Source of the DNA: Conidiobolus incongruus B7586
Taxonomy: Eukaryota
Assembly: GCA_000697335.1 (NCBI GenBank)
Contig: JNEM01010693.1
Span: 1-35,514 of the forward strand
Length of the DNA: 35,514 bases
Reading direction: 5' to 3'
The translations under genes were made by a program, and so were the position numbers. Numbering within the stretch: the stretch's first letter is position 1; every line of letters starts with the position of its first letter. This document shows, in pieces, positions 1 through 12,265 of the stretch. Under the pieces are notes generated by a model. That model was not told where the DNA came from. It was given only the letters and a program-made list of their open reading frames with translations, and ran no database searches.

Positions 1-439
1 AAATATTTCATTTATATTGTTAATAAAAAAATAAATCATAAAAATATTATAACTTTTATATACTATTTGCTATGTTTATTCATTATTAATTATTTTAATA
101 ATTAAATTATATAGAATATATATCAAAATATATTATATATAATTTTAATTAAATAATCCAATTAATAATCAAATCAAAAACTAAATTTATAATATAAATT
201 AAAATATTTATTTATTATTGCATTTTAAGCAAAAATTCAAGTTTTTGGTATTTATATATAATTTAATAAATTTATATAAACTTTATATTATAATAATATT
301 TCTAAAATACCCTTATGGTTAGATTTCCAAAAATAAATCAATTATATTTATAATTTGCTAAATTGGATTATTAATTATTTTAATATATAATAGAATATGA
401 TATATAATGAATATATATTTTATTTAGTCAACTAAAAAT

Positions 440-822
440 TATTTTATTATTTTATCTATTGTTTTATTTCAAAAATATTTGTCTATCTAGATTTTATAAT
501 TAAGTTTATATTATTTTTTTTAAAATGGATCTGTTGGACTATAACCAAATATTTCTCTTTGGCTCTTTTGATTAAAATTTATTTAAAACCTATATCACTC
601 ACTGAAAGAATTATTTAAACCTAGAGGTAGTAATAATAAAAAGAATTTTAATTTTTATGGATTTTCTTTTATTATATCTCAATAGTAAGTAAATTTTAAG
701 ATATATAGTTTAATACAATAAAGAGCAGGATTAATAAATAATTTACTAAATTATATTACAAATATTTTTCTAATAATAGTCTTTATTTATAGACTTATTA
801 TAGAATATCATACTATCTTAAA
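440..822. repeat. Unclassified dispersed repeat, copy 1
   Basis: Colinear with ~19090-19420, for example aaagagcag(g/c)attaataaataatttactaaat and aattatttaaacc. Confidence 0.75.
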
Positions 823-1546
823 TACTATTATGAATTAAAAAAATGGAAAATTTTCTAATTTCTGATTATTTAAACTTATTAATAATTTTGAAAAAATAAA
901 ATATATACAAAACAAATAAGAAAATATATAGTTTGCAATAGTATATATATAGTAACTTAATGATTAAAAATAATTTTTTAAAATTAATTATTTAATTGAA
1001 TTAAATTTATATTAAATAATAACCATAAAAATTTTCTATTTTAATATTAGTAAAACTAAGCTATAAATTTTTTAAATTATTTAAAATTTATAAGATACTA
1101 TTGGTAATGAAAAATTAGTTAAATTAATAATTTATCACTAGATAAATTACTTTAAGGTCAAAAGAGAAATTATTTAAAATTTACTAAAATTTAAAAAACT
1201 AGTTTTAACTATAGCTTTTTTAATTATTAATAGAGTAAAAAAAATATATTAAAAAAATATCTTTTTATTTTAATAACAGAATTATCAAAATACTTTAATA
1301 TTAATTATATAAATATTTTATATATATAAAAATTTAAATCAAAATTAATTATTAAAAATATAAAATAATTATCATATAATTTAACTAAAGCTTAAAAAAG
1401 CTAGAGTAGCTATTATTAAACAGAATTTACTATGATATAACTAAAAACCAAGTCTTTTATAATAAATTATTATATTTAATAAATTTTAAATCTTTTTATA
1501 TAGTTTTTTCTTAAAATATAAATAAAGATATTAGATTAAGCTAAAT

Positions 1547-1945
1547 TGTAAGTGTAGTGGTAGTTAAACTAATATAGTGTAGAGGAAGACTTAATATAAA
1601 AGTAATGTGGTGCAGAATATGGTAATATAACATGGCTATAGTGTGCAAGTGTAAACAAAGTTTAATTAAGCTTCAAACTAGGATGAGTCACTGATATATT
1701 AAGATTTATATTAGGTAGTGCCAATATCCTACAATATTAACAGAATATAGTCTCAATTTTAGAAATAGTGTAAAAGTAAAAATAGTAAGAATTGAGAGGA
1801 AAAAAGAGGAACTTAGTTTATTAGATAATTTAATACTATTTATACAATTAATTTAACTATATAAATATAAATTAATCATATAATTTATAGTTAATTGGAT
1901 TATATGAAAGTATATATAAGAATTTAGAGAATTAGTCTCTTAACA
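1547..1945 (-). repeat. 3' LTR (TG...CA termini intact)
   Basis: Reads tgtaagtgtagtgg...gtctcttaaca and is a direct repeat of 7200-7598, with about 31 substitutions and no indels. Confidence 0.97.
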
Positions 1946-1952
1946 CTCCCCT
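1946..1952 (-). other. Polypurine tract of the retrotransposon
   Basis: Minus strand AGGGGAG immediately precedes the TG of the 3' LTR. Confidence 0.75.
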
Positions 1953-2942
1953 AGTAAGTTTCTTAGAAGAGACACACTCCTTAATTTTTTGCAAATAGGT
2001 ATATTAAGCTGAGGTATTCTTAATATTTTCTAGAGGTTCTTATATAGCTTCTTTAATAGGATAACCCATCTATTTTACATAAAAATAAAACTTATTCCTA
2101 ACAAATTTAAACTTAATTATGTAATTAACATAGTATTCTTCTCCATCTTAATTAATAATTAGATCTAGTTTTAAAGTTTTTAATTAATTAGGAAAAGTGT
2201 TAAAATCTTCAAAGTATGGTTTAATTTTAGATATGTGAAAGGTAAAGTTGATCCTCAAAGTTAGAGGTAATTCTAAGGTAATATTTTCAAAATTTAAATC
2301 AATTGATTAAATTTTATAAGGACTATAATATAATGGTGAGTATTTAAGATTTAAGCCAAATTTAAGTAGGGTAGGTTTAAGGGCAGATTGTTCTAAGTAT
2401 ACAAACATATTGGTTTTATATTTAGGAGGGTTTCTAGATAACTTTGAGTATTGTTGTTCTATGATCCTTTAATTTTCTTCTAAGTTAAATTTAATAAGAG
2501 AATTAATATGTTTGATATTAGATTAAAATTCAACAATGTCCAAAGGTAAGTTGATTTAAAGTTTTAGAGTAATTATTAAGTTAGGATGTTTGTTGTAATT
2601 GATAAAATAAAGGCTAAAACCTGTTGATCTATTAATAAAGGTGTTGAATGAATATTAAAGTTGGTAGATATAAGTATCCTAATTTAACTGATTAGTGTTA
2701 ATATAGGCTCTAATCATTTACTTTAAGGTTTTGATAGTTCTTTTAGTAAGTTTATTGGTTTAGTAATGATTAATAGTAGACATAGCTAGGTTAATCTTAA
2801 GGAAAAAAGATAGTGACTTCTAAAATCAAAAGTTGAATTGTATATCTTTATCAGATACAATAGTTTGTGGAATTCTATGGTAGGTAAAGATATTAGAGAA
2901 TAACAATTGTGCAACATCTTTAGCTATAGAAGTTTTGAAACA

Positions 2943-3627
2943 AGGAATAAAATAAACATATTTGGAAAATGAATCAATTATAATTAGTAAGTTATCATAA
3001 CTATTTGTTGATTTAGGGATTTCTATGAAATCAAGCTGAATTTGTTGTTAAGTTTCATTAGGGACTTGTAGGGGAATAAGTTTACCATATTTTAGTTGAG
3101 TATTATATTTAGTTCTTTAGCATATATCACAGGTATTAGTGTATTTCTGAACTAATTTAACTAGGGAAAGCTAGTAGTACCTTGTTTTAATTCTCTCAGC
3201 AGTCTTTAACTAGTTTTAATATCCTCTAACAGGTAAGTTATAGCATTCATCAAATATTGTTTGTTAGATCTTGGGAATGTTAGGAATAAAATAAACATAT
3301 TTGGAAAATGAATCAATTATAATTAGTAAGTTATCATAACTATTTGTTGATTTAGGGATTTCTATGAAATCAAGCTGAATTTGTTGTTAAGTTTCATTAG
3401 GGACTTGTAGGGGAATAAGTTTACCATATTTTAGTTGAGTATTATATTTAGTTCTTTAGCATATATCACAGGTATTAGTGTATTTCTGAACTAATTTAAC
3501 TAGGGAAAGCTAGTAGTACCTTGTTTTAATTCTCTCAGCAGTCTTTAACTAGTTTTAATATCCTCTAACAGGTAAGTTATAGCATTCATCAAATATTGTT
3601 TGTTAGATCTTGGGAATGTTAGGAATA
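2943..3627. repeat. Perfect 339-bp tandem duplication inside the integrase region
   Basis: 2943-3281 and 3282-3620 appear identical by eye. AGGAATA occurs at 2943, 3282 and 3621. Confidence 0.95.
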
Positions 3628-6600
3628 TATAAACAATCATCATAATATAGTAAGTTATTGATAATTTTAAATCTTTTGACATATTTTAGTTGGTTTTCTA
3701 ATAGTTTAAAGAGTTCTTCTTTAACTAAAATAAAGAAATCATTATTTAACAGTGTTTCTTGAAGTAGTTTAATAAATTTTTTATTTCCTTCATTAATAAT
3801 CATTGAGTTAATATTTGCTGGATTTTTACAATTAGAACAAAAGGGTAAATATGTAGGATTTTTTAACAAAGTATCTACAACATAGTTTTATTAATCTAAG
3901 AGATATTAAATAAAGAAAGGGTAAGCTTAGATAGTTTTAATCTATTTAACTTATCTTCTTAATAAATGCTTCTGAGTATTTAAGTAGATAAGTGATTTAT
4001 AATCTATAAGTATTAAGAAAAAGTTGCAGGATAAGAAATGTAAGTGATTTTTGATCATTTCTACTAAAGCAAAGAGTTTTTGTTTATAGACTAGGTATTT
4101 CAATTCAGCTAGTTTTATTTTTCTTAACCAGAATGTTATTGGTTTTAAGGTAACATTTGTAAGGTTAAACTCAACTTGTTCTCTTTTATTTATTATTTTA
4201 TCCTATAGTTGTAGGGTAAAATATAAATTAAATTCAAACTAGGCTAACTATTTACCAATTGTAAAAAAACTAAAGTCAATAAAAATAATGGTAGGTAGTT
4301 TTAGATTAAAGATAGATAGAGTAAAAGCATTGGTAATATAGAAAATTAAAGCATTTATGCAAAAAATGTGTAATGGGGTTTATTTAAAAAGAGAGTTTTT
4401 CTTTAAGAGATTAGTAAGAGGAGCAGCAAATTCAATAAAAGAATCAATGAAATCTTTGAAGTAATTTAATAATCTAAGTGTAGACATAAGTTGATTTTTG
4501 TTTATAGGTATAGTAAAAGCTTTAACACCATTGAGTTTAGTTAAATCAATATTAATTCCTTAAGAGGAAACAATATAACCACAGAAAAAAACAGAAAAGG
4601 CACTAAAGATACATTTTGATAGTTTTAAAAGTAATTTATGTTCTGGAATAATTTGTAAAACTTAATTAACATGTTAAATATATTCTCCTTTAGTTTTTGA
4701 ATATATTAGGATATTATCAAGGTAAGTGATAACAAAGTTATTAAAGACAAGGTTAAAAAAAGAATTGATAAATTAAGTAAAAGTTGTAAGAGCATTACAC
4801 AATCTAAAGTTTATAACAGTAAATTTATAGTGGTTTAAAAAAGTGTTGAAAGTAGTTAAAAGGATAAAGTTTTCTTCAACTTTAATGTTATAATATCTAT
4901 TCTTAACATCTAGTTTGGTAAATATAGTTGATTTAAGTAGTTTATCCCTAACATCATATAGGTTTAATAATAAAGTTTTATCCTTGATATTTTTACAGTT
5001 TAAAACACAGTTATTAATATATAGTCTTTAACCACCATCAACCTTTTATACAAAGAGGATTAGAGATCTTTATAGTAAGGAAAAAGGTTTAATGTACCTA
5101 TTTTCAAGTAGTTTTTAGATTTCTTCTTTCAAGGTTTGGTATTGTTCAAGAGATAAATAGTAAGTAAGCTTTAAGTATAGTTGTATACTAAAGATTAGTT
5201 TAATTTTGTGTTTAATATTATATTTAGGTGGTAATCTATTCACAAGTTCAAAAACATTAGCAAATTAACTCACTATATTGTATAGGAAATGGTTATTAGA
5301 TATAACTTCATTAAAATCAACAGATGAAGTGCTGATAGATAATTAATAAACAAATACATATCCCCATAGATTATTTAAGTTTTTGATTAGCTTTTTACAT
5401 TGATTTTTACTTATAATGATAGAATTATTTGCCACAATTATAGAGTTAGTGTTAGGTAAAGTATTTAATAGTTTTATAGTAGGGTAATATAGATTTTTTG
5501 AGATTAATTCTACTAATTTCTTTTAGAATATAAAAGAAATAGATTTGTAGCTTTCTAGGGTAATATCTATAGATATAAAACTGTGATATTCAAACTAATT
5601 TTAACCTAGTATGAAATTGTAACCAATGTTGCCAACTAAAAATTTAATATATTGGGAGTAGTTAAGGGGTAATGATAGGTATCTAAATATAGTGCCAAAT
5701 GCTTGTTCCATTAAGTTGTTAGCATATATAATTATTAAGTTGCTTTTTTAGATAGGTAAAGATAGCTTTACAACAATAAAAGAGGAGATAATACAACTAA
5801 AACAACTAGAGTTAATTAAAACACTAACAGGTGTATCTATAAAAAAACTAGTTAACATAAATAATAAGGTGATAGTTAAAGGTAAAGAATTACAAGGTAA
5901 ATTAGTTACTAGAATATTTCTAGTTTCTAGTAGTTTAATCAGTTAGATTTCTCTAGTATACATAGTTTAATTTGTGGAATTATTAGTTTATTAGAACTTT
6001 TGTAGATTAGATTAGAATCTATTAACTAATTATAAAAGGGGTGATTTTAAGGTTATATTAATATTATTCAGGTTTGATTTATGGTTAGCAAATTAAGATT
6101 ATTGAGAATTAAATTGGTGTTGTTTTTTAAAAGGATATTTGTTAGCTTTATGGTTAACTTAAGTCTTTTAGCAATAATAACAACCTTTGTTTACTCTTAA
6201 GTAGGCTTTAGCTTCTTCATTAAAAGTTTTCTCATGAAGCCTTAAAGCAGAAACATTTATCATTTGAGACTTAAGTAGGTTAAAGTAAGGTTTAAAAGAT
6301 TAATTTTTAGGGTAGGAAGATTTAGTTATAAAGTAAAAGATATCATCAATTATAATTGCTACATCACAAATGTTAGAAAAAAACATATTATCAAAGTGTT
6401 CCCTACTAACTAACTAAAGCTTCACTTGAAGGTTAAAGCATTGTAATAATTTGTGGATTTATTTTTCTTCAGTGATATTTAATATGTTTAAGCATATCTC
6501 ATTAAATTTCTCAATCAATTATCTTGTAGAAGTTTTTTATTTAAGCTAGGAAAGCTTTTCTCTTGCTAATTAAACTTGATTTTTTAGGTAATACCTCTCT

Positions 6601-7188
6601 TTAAAGGCTTTTTCCAATTGTTTAAAAGTTTATATCTTTGTAGTAGGTTATCCTCTTGAAGATTTTTTAGGATTAAACTTGTAATGAGTTAACTACTAAA
6701 TATAAACAAATTTTTCCAAAAAAGAAGTGGCTAATTTAAGGATATTCTTTAGATCTTCATCAAAAATTAAATCAAGGTAATTCTTTATGTTTTTAAAGTA
6801 GTTTTCAAGTTTGTGAAGGTTTTTTAAGCTATCATAAGTAGTTAATTTGTTTTTAAAAACACTAAAGAGGTGGTTTAATACATTAATTATAGTGAAGTAA
6901 CTGGTTTGTTAGATTTAAGCTCTTTGAGACATGTTTTTTTAAATCAAAAGTTGTCTAATATAAGCTTCTTAAAGGGTAGTAAGCTTTTAAGGATTAAAGT
7001 CTTAAATTCACTTAGTAATTAAGCTGCTATCATCATTAAAATAATATAAGGGTATCTCCTTTTTTAGTAGTATTATAGTGTATAGTGTTAAATTTAAATG
7101 AAATAAATTATAAATAAGATTTAAAATAGTAATAGATAGGTTAGATACAAGTAGTTATTAATTTCTAGTAGGTTTTTAATAGTTTTAT

Positions 7189-7199
7189 TGCTGTTACTA
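7189..7199 (-). other. Probable primer-binding site (initiator tRNA-Met type), mutated
   Basis: Minus strand TAGTAACAGCA directly follows the 5' LTR. Reverting two G>A changes gives TGGTAGCAG, complementary to a typical tRNAiMet 3' end. Confidence 0.55.
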
Positions 7200-7598
7200 T
7201 ATAAATATAGTGGTAGTTAAACTAATATAGTATAGAGGAAAACTTAATATAAAAGTAGTGTGGTGTAGAATATAGTAATATAATGTAGCTATAGTGTGCA
7301 AGTGTAAACAAAGTTTAATTAAGCTTTGAACTAAGATGAATCACTAATATATTAAGATTTATATTAGGTAGTGCTAATATCCTATAATATTAATAGAATA
7401 TAGTCTTAATCTTAGAAATAGTGTAAAAGTAAAAATAGTAAGAATTAAAAAGAAAAAAAAGGAACCTAGTTTATTAGATAATTTAATACTATTTATACAA
7501 TTAATTTAACTATATAAGTATAAATTAATCATATAATTTATAGTTAATTGGATTATATGAAAGTGTATATAAGAATTTAGAGAACTAGTCTTTTAATA
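7200..7598 (-). repeat. 5' LTR (termini mutated from TG..CA to TA..TA)
   Basis: Reads tataaatatagtgg...gtcttttaata and aligns without gaps to 1547-1945. Confidence 0.97.
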
Positions 7599-8804
7599 TA
7601 AATCAACCTTGTTTGTAAATTTTTTTTAAATAAATATTATAATAATGAGCAAATATTAATTGTTATTATAAGTTATTTTAATATATGCTATTTTTATTTA
7701 GTTTTTAAAGGAAAATTAATTAATATTAAATTTTATATTGCTTTTTTAAATAAAATTATTTCTAATTAGTATTTTTAATATAATTTTAGGAAACCTATTA
7801 TTTTGCATAATAATTATAAAATATATAAAATTAAAGTAATAAAAAATTTTCTAATTAATAATAACTAAAAAAAACTACCATATTTAGTATATTCTTTAGA
7901 TTATAACCTATGTGATTATAATTGTTTTAGGTAATTAAAAACTAGCTTACAGGTAAGAAAAATTCTATAAGAAAATTTAATTAGTTTATGAAATATCAAA
8001 TTTTAGTCTTTAATAAAAAGAACTGTTTTTAAATGTTAAAGCTTTATTAAAAATATAGCTAGAAGTTATTAGAAATAATAGAAATTATTAATTTTATATT
8101 ATATATTTATTTTTACTTTTAATATATTAAAATGTTTAATTTTTTTTAATTATAAAAAATTCCTATTATATAAATTACAAAGTAATAATAAAATAATTTT
8201 AAGTTTGATTTGATAAAAAGACTAAAATCATAAAATTTTAAAAAAAATGATTAATTTATTAATTATTATATATTTAAAATATCATATTCTTTGTTAATCA
8301 TTATTATTTCAATAAGTAATTGATTTTGATTAAGTAGTATATAATCTAATTAGATCATATTATATTGGTATAATGAAATAATATTGATTAATTATAAAAA
8401 ATCTCTAAATTCATTTAATATGAATAATAATATTTATAATCTTTGATAATATGAAATCATTAATAATATATTATATATGTTTTATTATATAAATTTTAAT
8501 TTAATTTTTGCAACAAGTATTGATTTTGAATTTGCTCTAAAATATTATTATATCAAAATTATTCTTTGCAATTGATAGCTCATAAAATTCAAACTAATCT
8601 CATTAGATAATTTCATATCATTTATCATTTAAATCACTTATCACATTCATTGAAGATTAAACACCTTAAATTTCCAGTTATATCAGTTATTGTATTGATA
8701 GATTAAATAGGTGATAATATAATATTTAGAATAAATTTATCATAGTTTTAATAGTTTAATAATATCAATGTTAAACAATATACTTATCATCTTTAATTAT
8801 ATAA

Positions 8805-9413
8805 TTAATATAAGATTAATAATAAAAGAGAAAAAGCCAAAGTGAAAAATAATTTGTTATCGACATATATCATATTGGCATTCGAATCTGGATACTTAAT
8901 TTTCTTGGCAAATTCCCTATATAATCCTTCATTACACTTGAATTCGCAGTTAAAGAGATCAGATATATCAGTCTTGTTACATGATTGGGTACATTGATAT
9001 GATTGCGTAGAATCATAATTAGGCAAACCAGCCTTCTTGCCCAGACAACTAATTACTTCTACCGCTTGATTGTCCAAACACTGTTTGGAACAAATATCCG
9101 TATTGTTAGTAGTACAACTCTTTTTACAGTTATCATGTTGAATAGATGTACTTTCCCCACATTCCATGTACAGAGGTATCAATATTTCAAGCAAATAATA
9201 CTGATATTCTAGTATTTCACCAGGTAGGTTGCACCAAGAAAATTTAACTGATTTTCCAGGAGAACATTTTTTATTCTGTTCAATGAATGTAGAATTATTG
9301 TTTAAATCCTTTATTCTACACTGAAATGGAGTAAAACAAGGTAGCTTGGAAGACTGGTCCTGGGTTTCAGCTAAAGCAAGTGAAGCTAATAATAAAGTAT
9401 ATTGGATTTTCAT
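8805..9413 (-). CDS. Secreted cysteine-rich (14 Cys) putative GPI-anchored surface protein, paralog 1, 202 aa
   Basis: Intact intronless ORF with signal peptide MKIQYTLLLASLALA, four CxxxC motifs, and a C-terminal SNAN + spacer + hydrophobic tail with no cytosolic extension. Homologous to 25676-26293. Confidence 0.88.
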   Translation of the reverse strand: MKIQYTLLLASLALAETQDQSSKLPCFTPFQCRIKDLNNNSTFIEQNKKCSPGKSVKFSWCNLPGEILEYQYYLLEILIPLYMECGESTSIQHDNCKKSCTTNNTDICSKQCLDNQAVEVISCLGKKAGLPNYDSTQSYQCTQSCNKTDISDLFNCEFKCNEGLYREFAKKIKYPDSNANMIYVDNKLFFTLAFSLLLLILY

Positions 9414-9465
9414 AAATATATTTCAATTTGATATATTTCGCTGAAATTTTAATGCAATCCTAATG

Positions 9466-9474
9466 TATTTATAT
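9466..9474 (-). promoter_or_regulatory. Putative TATA box of paralog 1
   Basis: Minus-strand ATATAAATA ends 53 nt upstream of the ATG. The same motif lies 54 nt upstream of paralog 4 and 43 nt upstream of paralog 2. Confidence 0.5.
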
Positions 9475-12265
9475 CTTCATGTTATCCATTTAGTTAGCTA
9501 GATTCTGTATAAGGTTTAATTTTTCAATGAGAAAAATTTAACACTATTTTTTATTAATATTAACTCAAATGATTTATATTGATTAAATTTTCAAAAAGCT
9601 TTTATATCACTACTATATTTGTAAAAATTAAAAATTATTTTAAATTATTCAGCTTTTACTTTCAAATTAACCCGTTTTAATGGAGGTTTTAAATTAATAA
9701 ATTTGGTTATATAAGATTATTTAATCTCAAGTTCTTGTTTCGAGAGAGAAGTGTATGATCACAACTAAGAAAGTTGGTCATGTCACAATGCGATATTTAG
9801 ATAAAATAAATAGTATTATTAAACTCCTATCTTCGGATCAATAGGCAATGACATCACTGGATATCTTATAAAACTCCAATGTATTTATTATCACACATTG
9901 AATTATGAAATATTTATAAAACAATATTTCAAGAATTTCGTAACAATATATTATTGAATATATATTTGCATTCATTTTATAATATCAGAATGTAGAATAG
10001 CTAAGATCTTCACAATTTAAACATATATTTTTATAAATATTATTATCTATATTTTCATTAAACATTGGAAAGTAAATATCACTATTAACTGATTTTCCAT
10101 AGCTTATTAGTTCTCATTTAACATTTTGGCTTTTGATTAGTTTAACATTAGATTTTTTATATATTTCAATTTCATATATATGTATATATAATATCAATTT
10201 TATTCTCGACAATAATTTACATATCAAGTAAAAAATTATAAGGATTAGGTTGGTGTCATAAATAATATATGACTGTATAATCAGTTTCTAATGAAATATA
10301 ATTTGAAATAAGAGTTGATATTCATGGATTCAATAGTGAATTTTAAAACAGTAACAGTTAATGTAATAATGTCTGCTGATGGAAATATCAAAATGGATAT
10401 GAGAAAAATGGAGTTTTTGTTATGAATTTATATCCATTTAAAAGTTAATTTACTCCCAATCTAAAAAATTCAAATTCAATTTTGAAAATCAAGTAATTTG
10501 TCGAAAATAAAGTTATTCACATTACAATGGTAAATGATGTAATAATACCAGATAATTGGTTCCAATTTTGAAGATACTAATAATAAATACATAGTATTTC
10601 ATTATTTTTCATACCCTAGCTATATTAAAATGATGTTATATATGCAATAATAGTAATAAACATTTTTCAGCATTACAGGATTAAATAAAATAGTGTGAAC
10701 TTTCGAAAATAATCCAAAATATCTATATACAATTATACAAAATGATTGGATTATCAGTTTAATTTACCCTATTTAGATTTATCAATAATTATATTATTCT
10801 ATGATTTTGAGCTTTATATTGCTATAGGCTACATTTTCCAAACATTAGTAAATATAAACAATATTACATTTAACTATGAAAAAAAAATAAATATATATTA
10901 AAATATAGATTAAATATTATTCTTAATAATAATTAAAAATTTAACAAAATTTTAAATTAATTGTTAATAGTAAATAATAGTTGAAATATTATTAATATAA
11001 AATTTATAATAATATATATCCTTTATCTTGAAATACAGAATAATTAAATATACTATATTATCTAAATTATATTAAACTTTGATTCTTTGATTAAAAATCT
11101 ATCAATTGAATTTATAAATTAAATATTATTAAAATATATTATATTCTATGATATTTTGATTAAACCAGTATTAGAAAATTAAGATTGAAATTATTTTAGT
11201 ATTAATAAAATATTCAATTTAAATTGCTTTTATTATTTGTTTTGATTTAATATCAATTACAGTCCAAATGCGGCGTATAATAATAATTATATTAGAGATT
11301 TTCCAAATAAATAAATTGCACTCAATATAGCCACATTAAGAATTATGTTTAAGAAACTAAAATTAATATACTAAAAAATAAACTATAAATTTCAGTTATC
11401 AATTTGAATTTGATATGAAACATTTCAAAATAGATATTATATTAAGTATGAATATCAAAATATAAAAAATAACAGTTAATTATATACATTTTTGGACAAA
11501 TTTAAAATATTTTGAAGAATTATTAGAAAAAAAATGACAATTTTCTGATCTATATATTGATTAGAATATGAAATATAGTATTTAAAATTAATAAAATTAA
11601 ATACAGCTGATTATAATATATATCACAAATCATATATTATATTCGGTGTATATCGAAATATTTTCCTAGAATATATACATATTGATTTAATTGGCAAATT
11701 ACAATTTTACCCGTTAATAAATATATTTTAAACTATGAAATTTTATTTGATATTTAAAAAATTATAATCAAAATTATATTATATTTTATTTTATATATTG
11801 TTAATATATCTTAGTTAAATTAATATAGTTGGAATATATTATATAGATTAAAAATTTTAAAATTTATTGTAAAGGTTAAGACTTTAAATAAAATATTAAA
11901 TAATACTTGAATAAATTTATTTTTCAGTATTTAATGAAATTAAAGTATAAATTTAAACGACTTTCTTTAATAAATAATTAAAATTTAAGGATTTGGATGA
12001 CTATAATATTGGTAATTATAATATTTTATTAATATCAATGTATAATATAATGATAGATAGTTTAAATGATCGTTTATCATTTTATATACTTACATTGAAT
12101 AAAACATATTATGAATTTATTAATTTCGTCTTTTAAATATTAAATTTTAAGATCTTTTAAATCAATTATAGGAATTTAATATTTGAAAATTTTTTTAATA
12201 TTAAGGAGTTTAATATTCAATAGTAAATATAGATATAAATCATCAATATTGAATTTATTTTTATA

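Larger units (their letters stand above)
1932..7076 (-). pseudogene. gag-pol polyprotein, single reading frame with many premature stops
   Basis: All motifs are in one frame: gag TYDS..LENYF..ATSFLEKFVYI** (~6840-6690); zinc knuckle GCYYC*KT*VNHKANKYP (~6185-6132); protease LINSS (from LIDSG, 5819-5805); RT FTKLDV and YLDN (from YLDD, 4724-4713); RNase H region (~4300-3870); integrase QIQLDFI..IIDSFSKY..IVSDKD; GPY-type SPYKI..LELP..FHISKIKPY (~2325-2215); chromodomain EEYYV..YVK*MGYP..EAI*EPLENI (2147-2016). The start is inferred as ATG>ATA at 7076. The listed ORF 3603-3869 is a fragment of this frame. Confidence 0.93.
1547..7598 (-). mobile_element. Full-length Ty3/Gypsy chromovirus LTR retrotransposon, inactivated
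   Basis: Two 399-bp LTRs and a 5-bp TSD TAAAT (1542-1546, 7599-7603). A polypurine tract is present, and the minus-strand domain order is gag-PR-RT-RH-IN-chromodomain. Confidence 0.97.
825..8185 (+). mobile_element. Mariner (DD34D) DNA transposon, copy A, degenerate; split by the LTR retrotransposon (825-1546 + 7604-8185, ~1.3 kb when rejoined)
   Basis: Colinear with the copies at 15241, 17589, 23659 and 30319. Left end ...atggaaaattttctaatttctga, right end ...aaattcctattatataaattacaaagtaa|ta. Relic motifs ILHNN (HDN) and YSLDYNLCDYNCF lie at ~7798-7930. The left boundary is approximate. Confidence 0.9.

Noticed and set aside
3603..3869. 88-aa ORF as an independent gene
   Set aside because: It is a stop-free stretch of the retrotransposon pol frame (RH-IN linker) with a TTG start.
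1932..7076. Alternative genetic code (TAA/TAG read as Gln) to explain the in-frame stops
   Set aside because: Stops also fall at conserved Trp and Arg positions, catalytic Asp residues are mutated, and the intact host genes end in TAA with no internal TAA/TAG.
9003..9212. 69-aa plus-strand ORF
   Set aside because: Antisense shadow of paralog 1 with no independent coding features.
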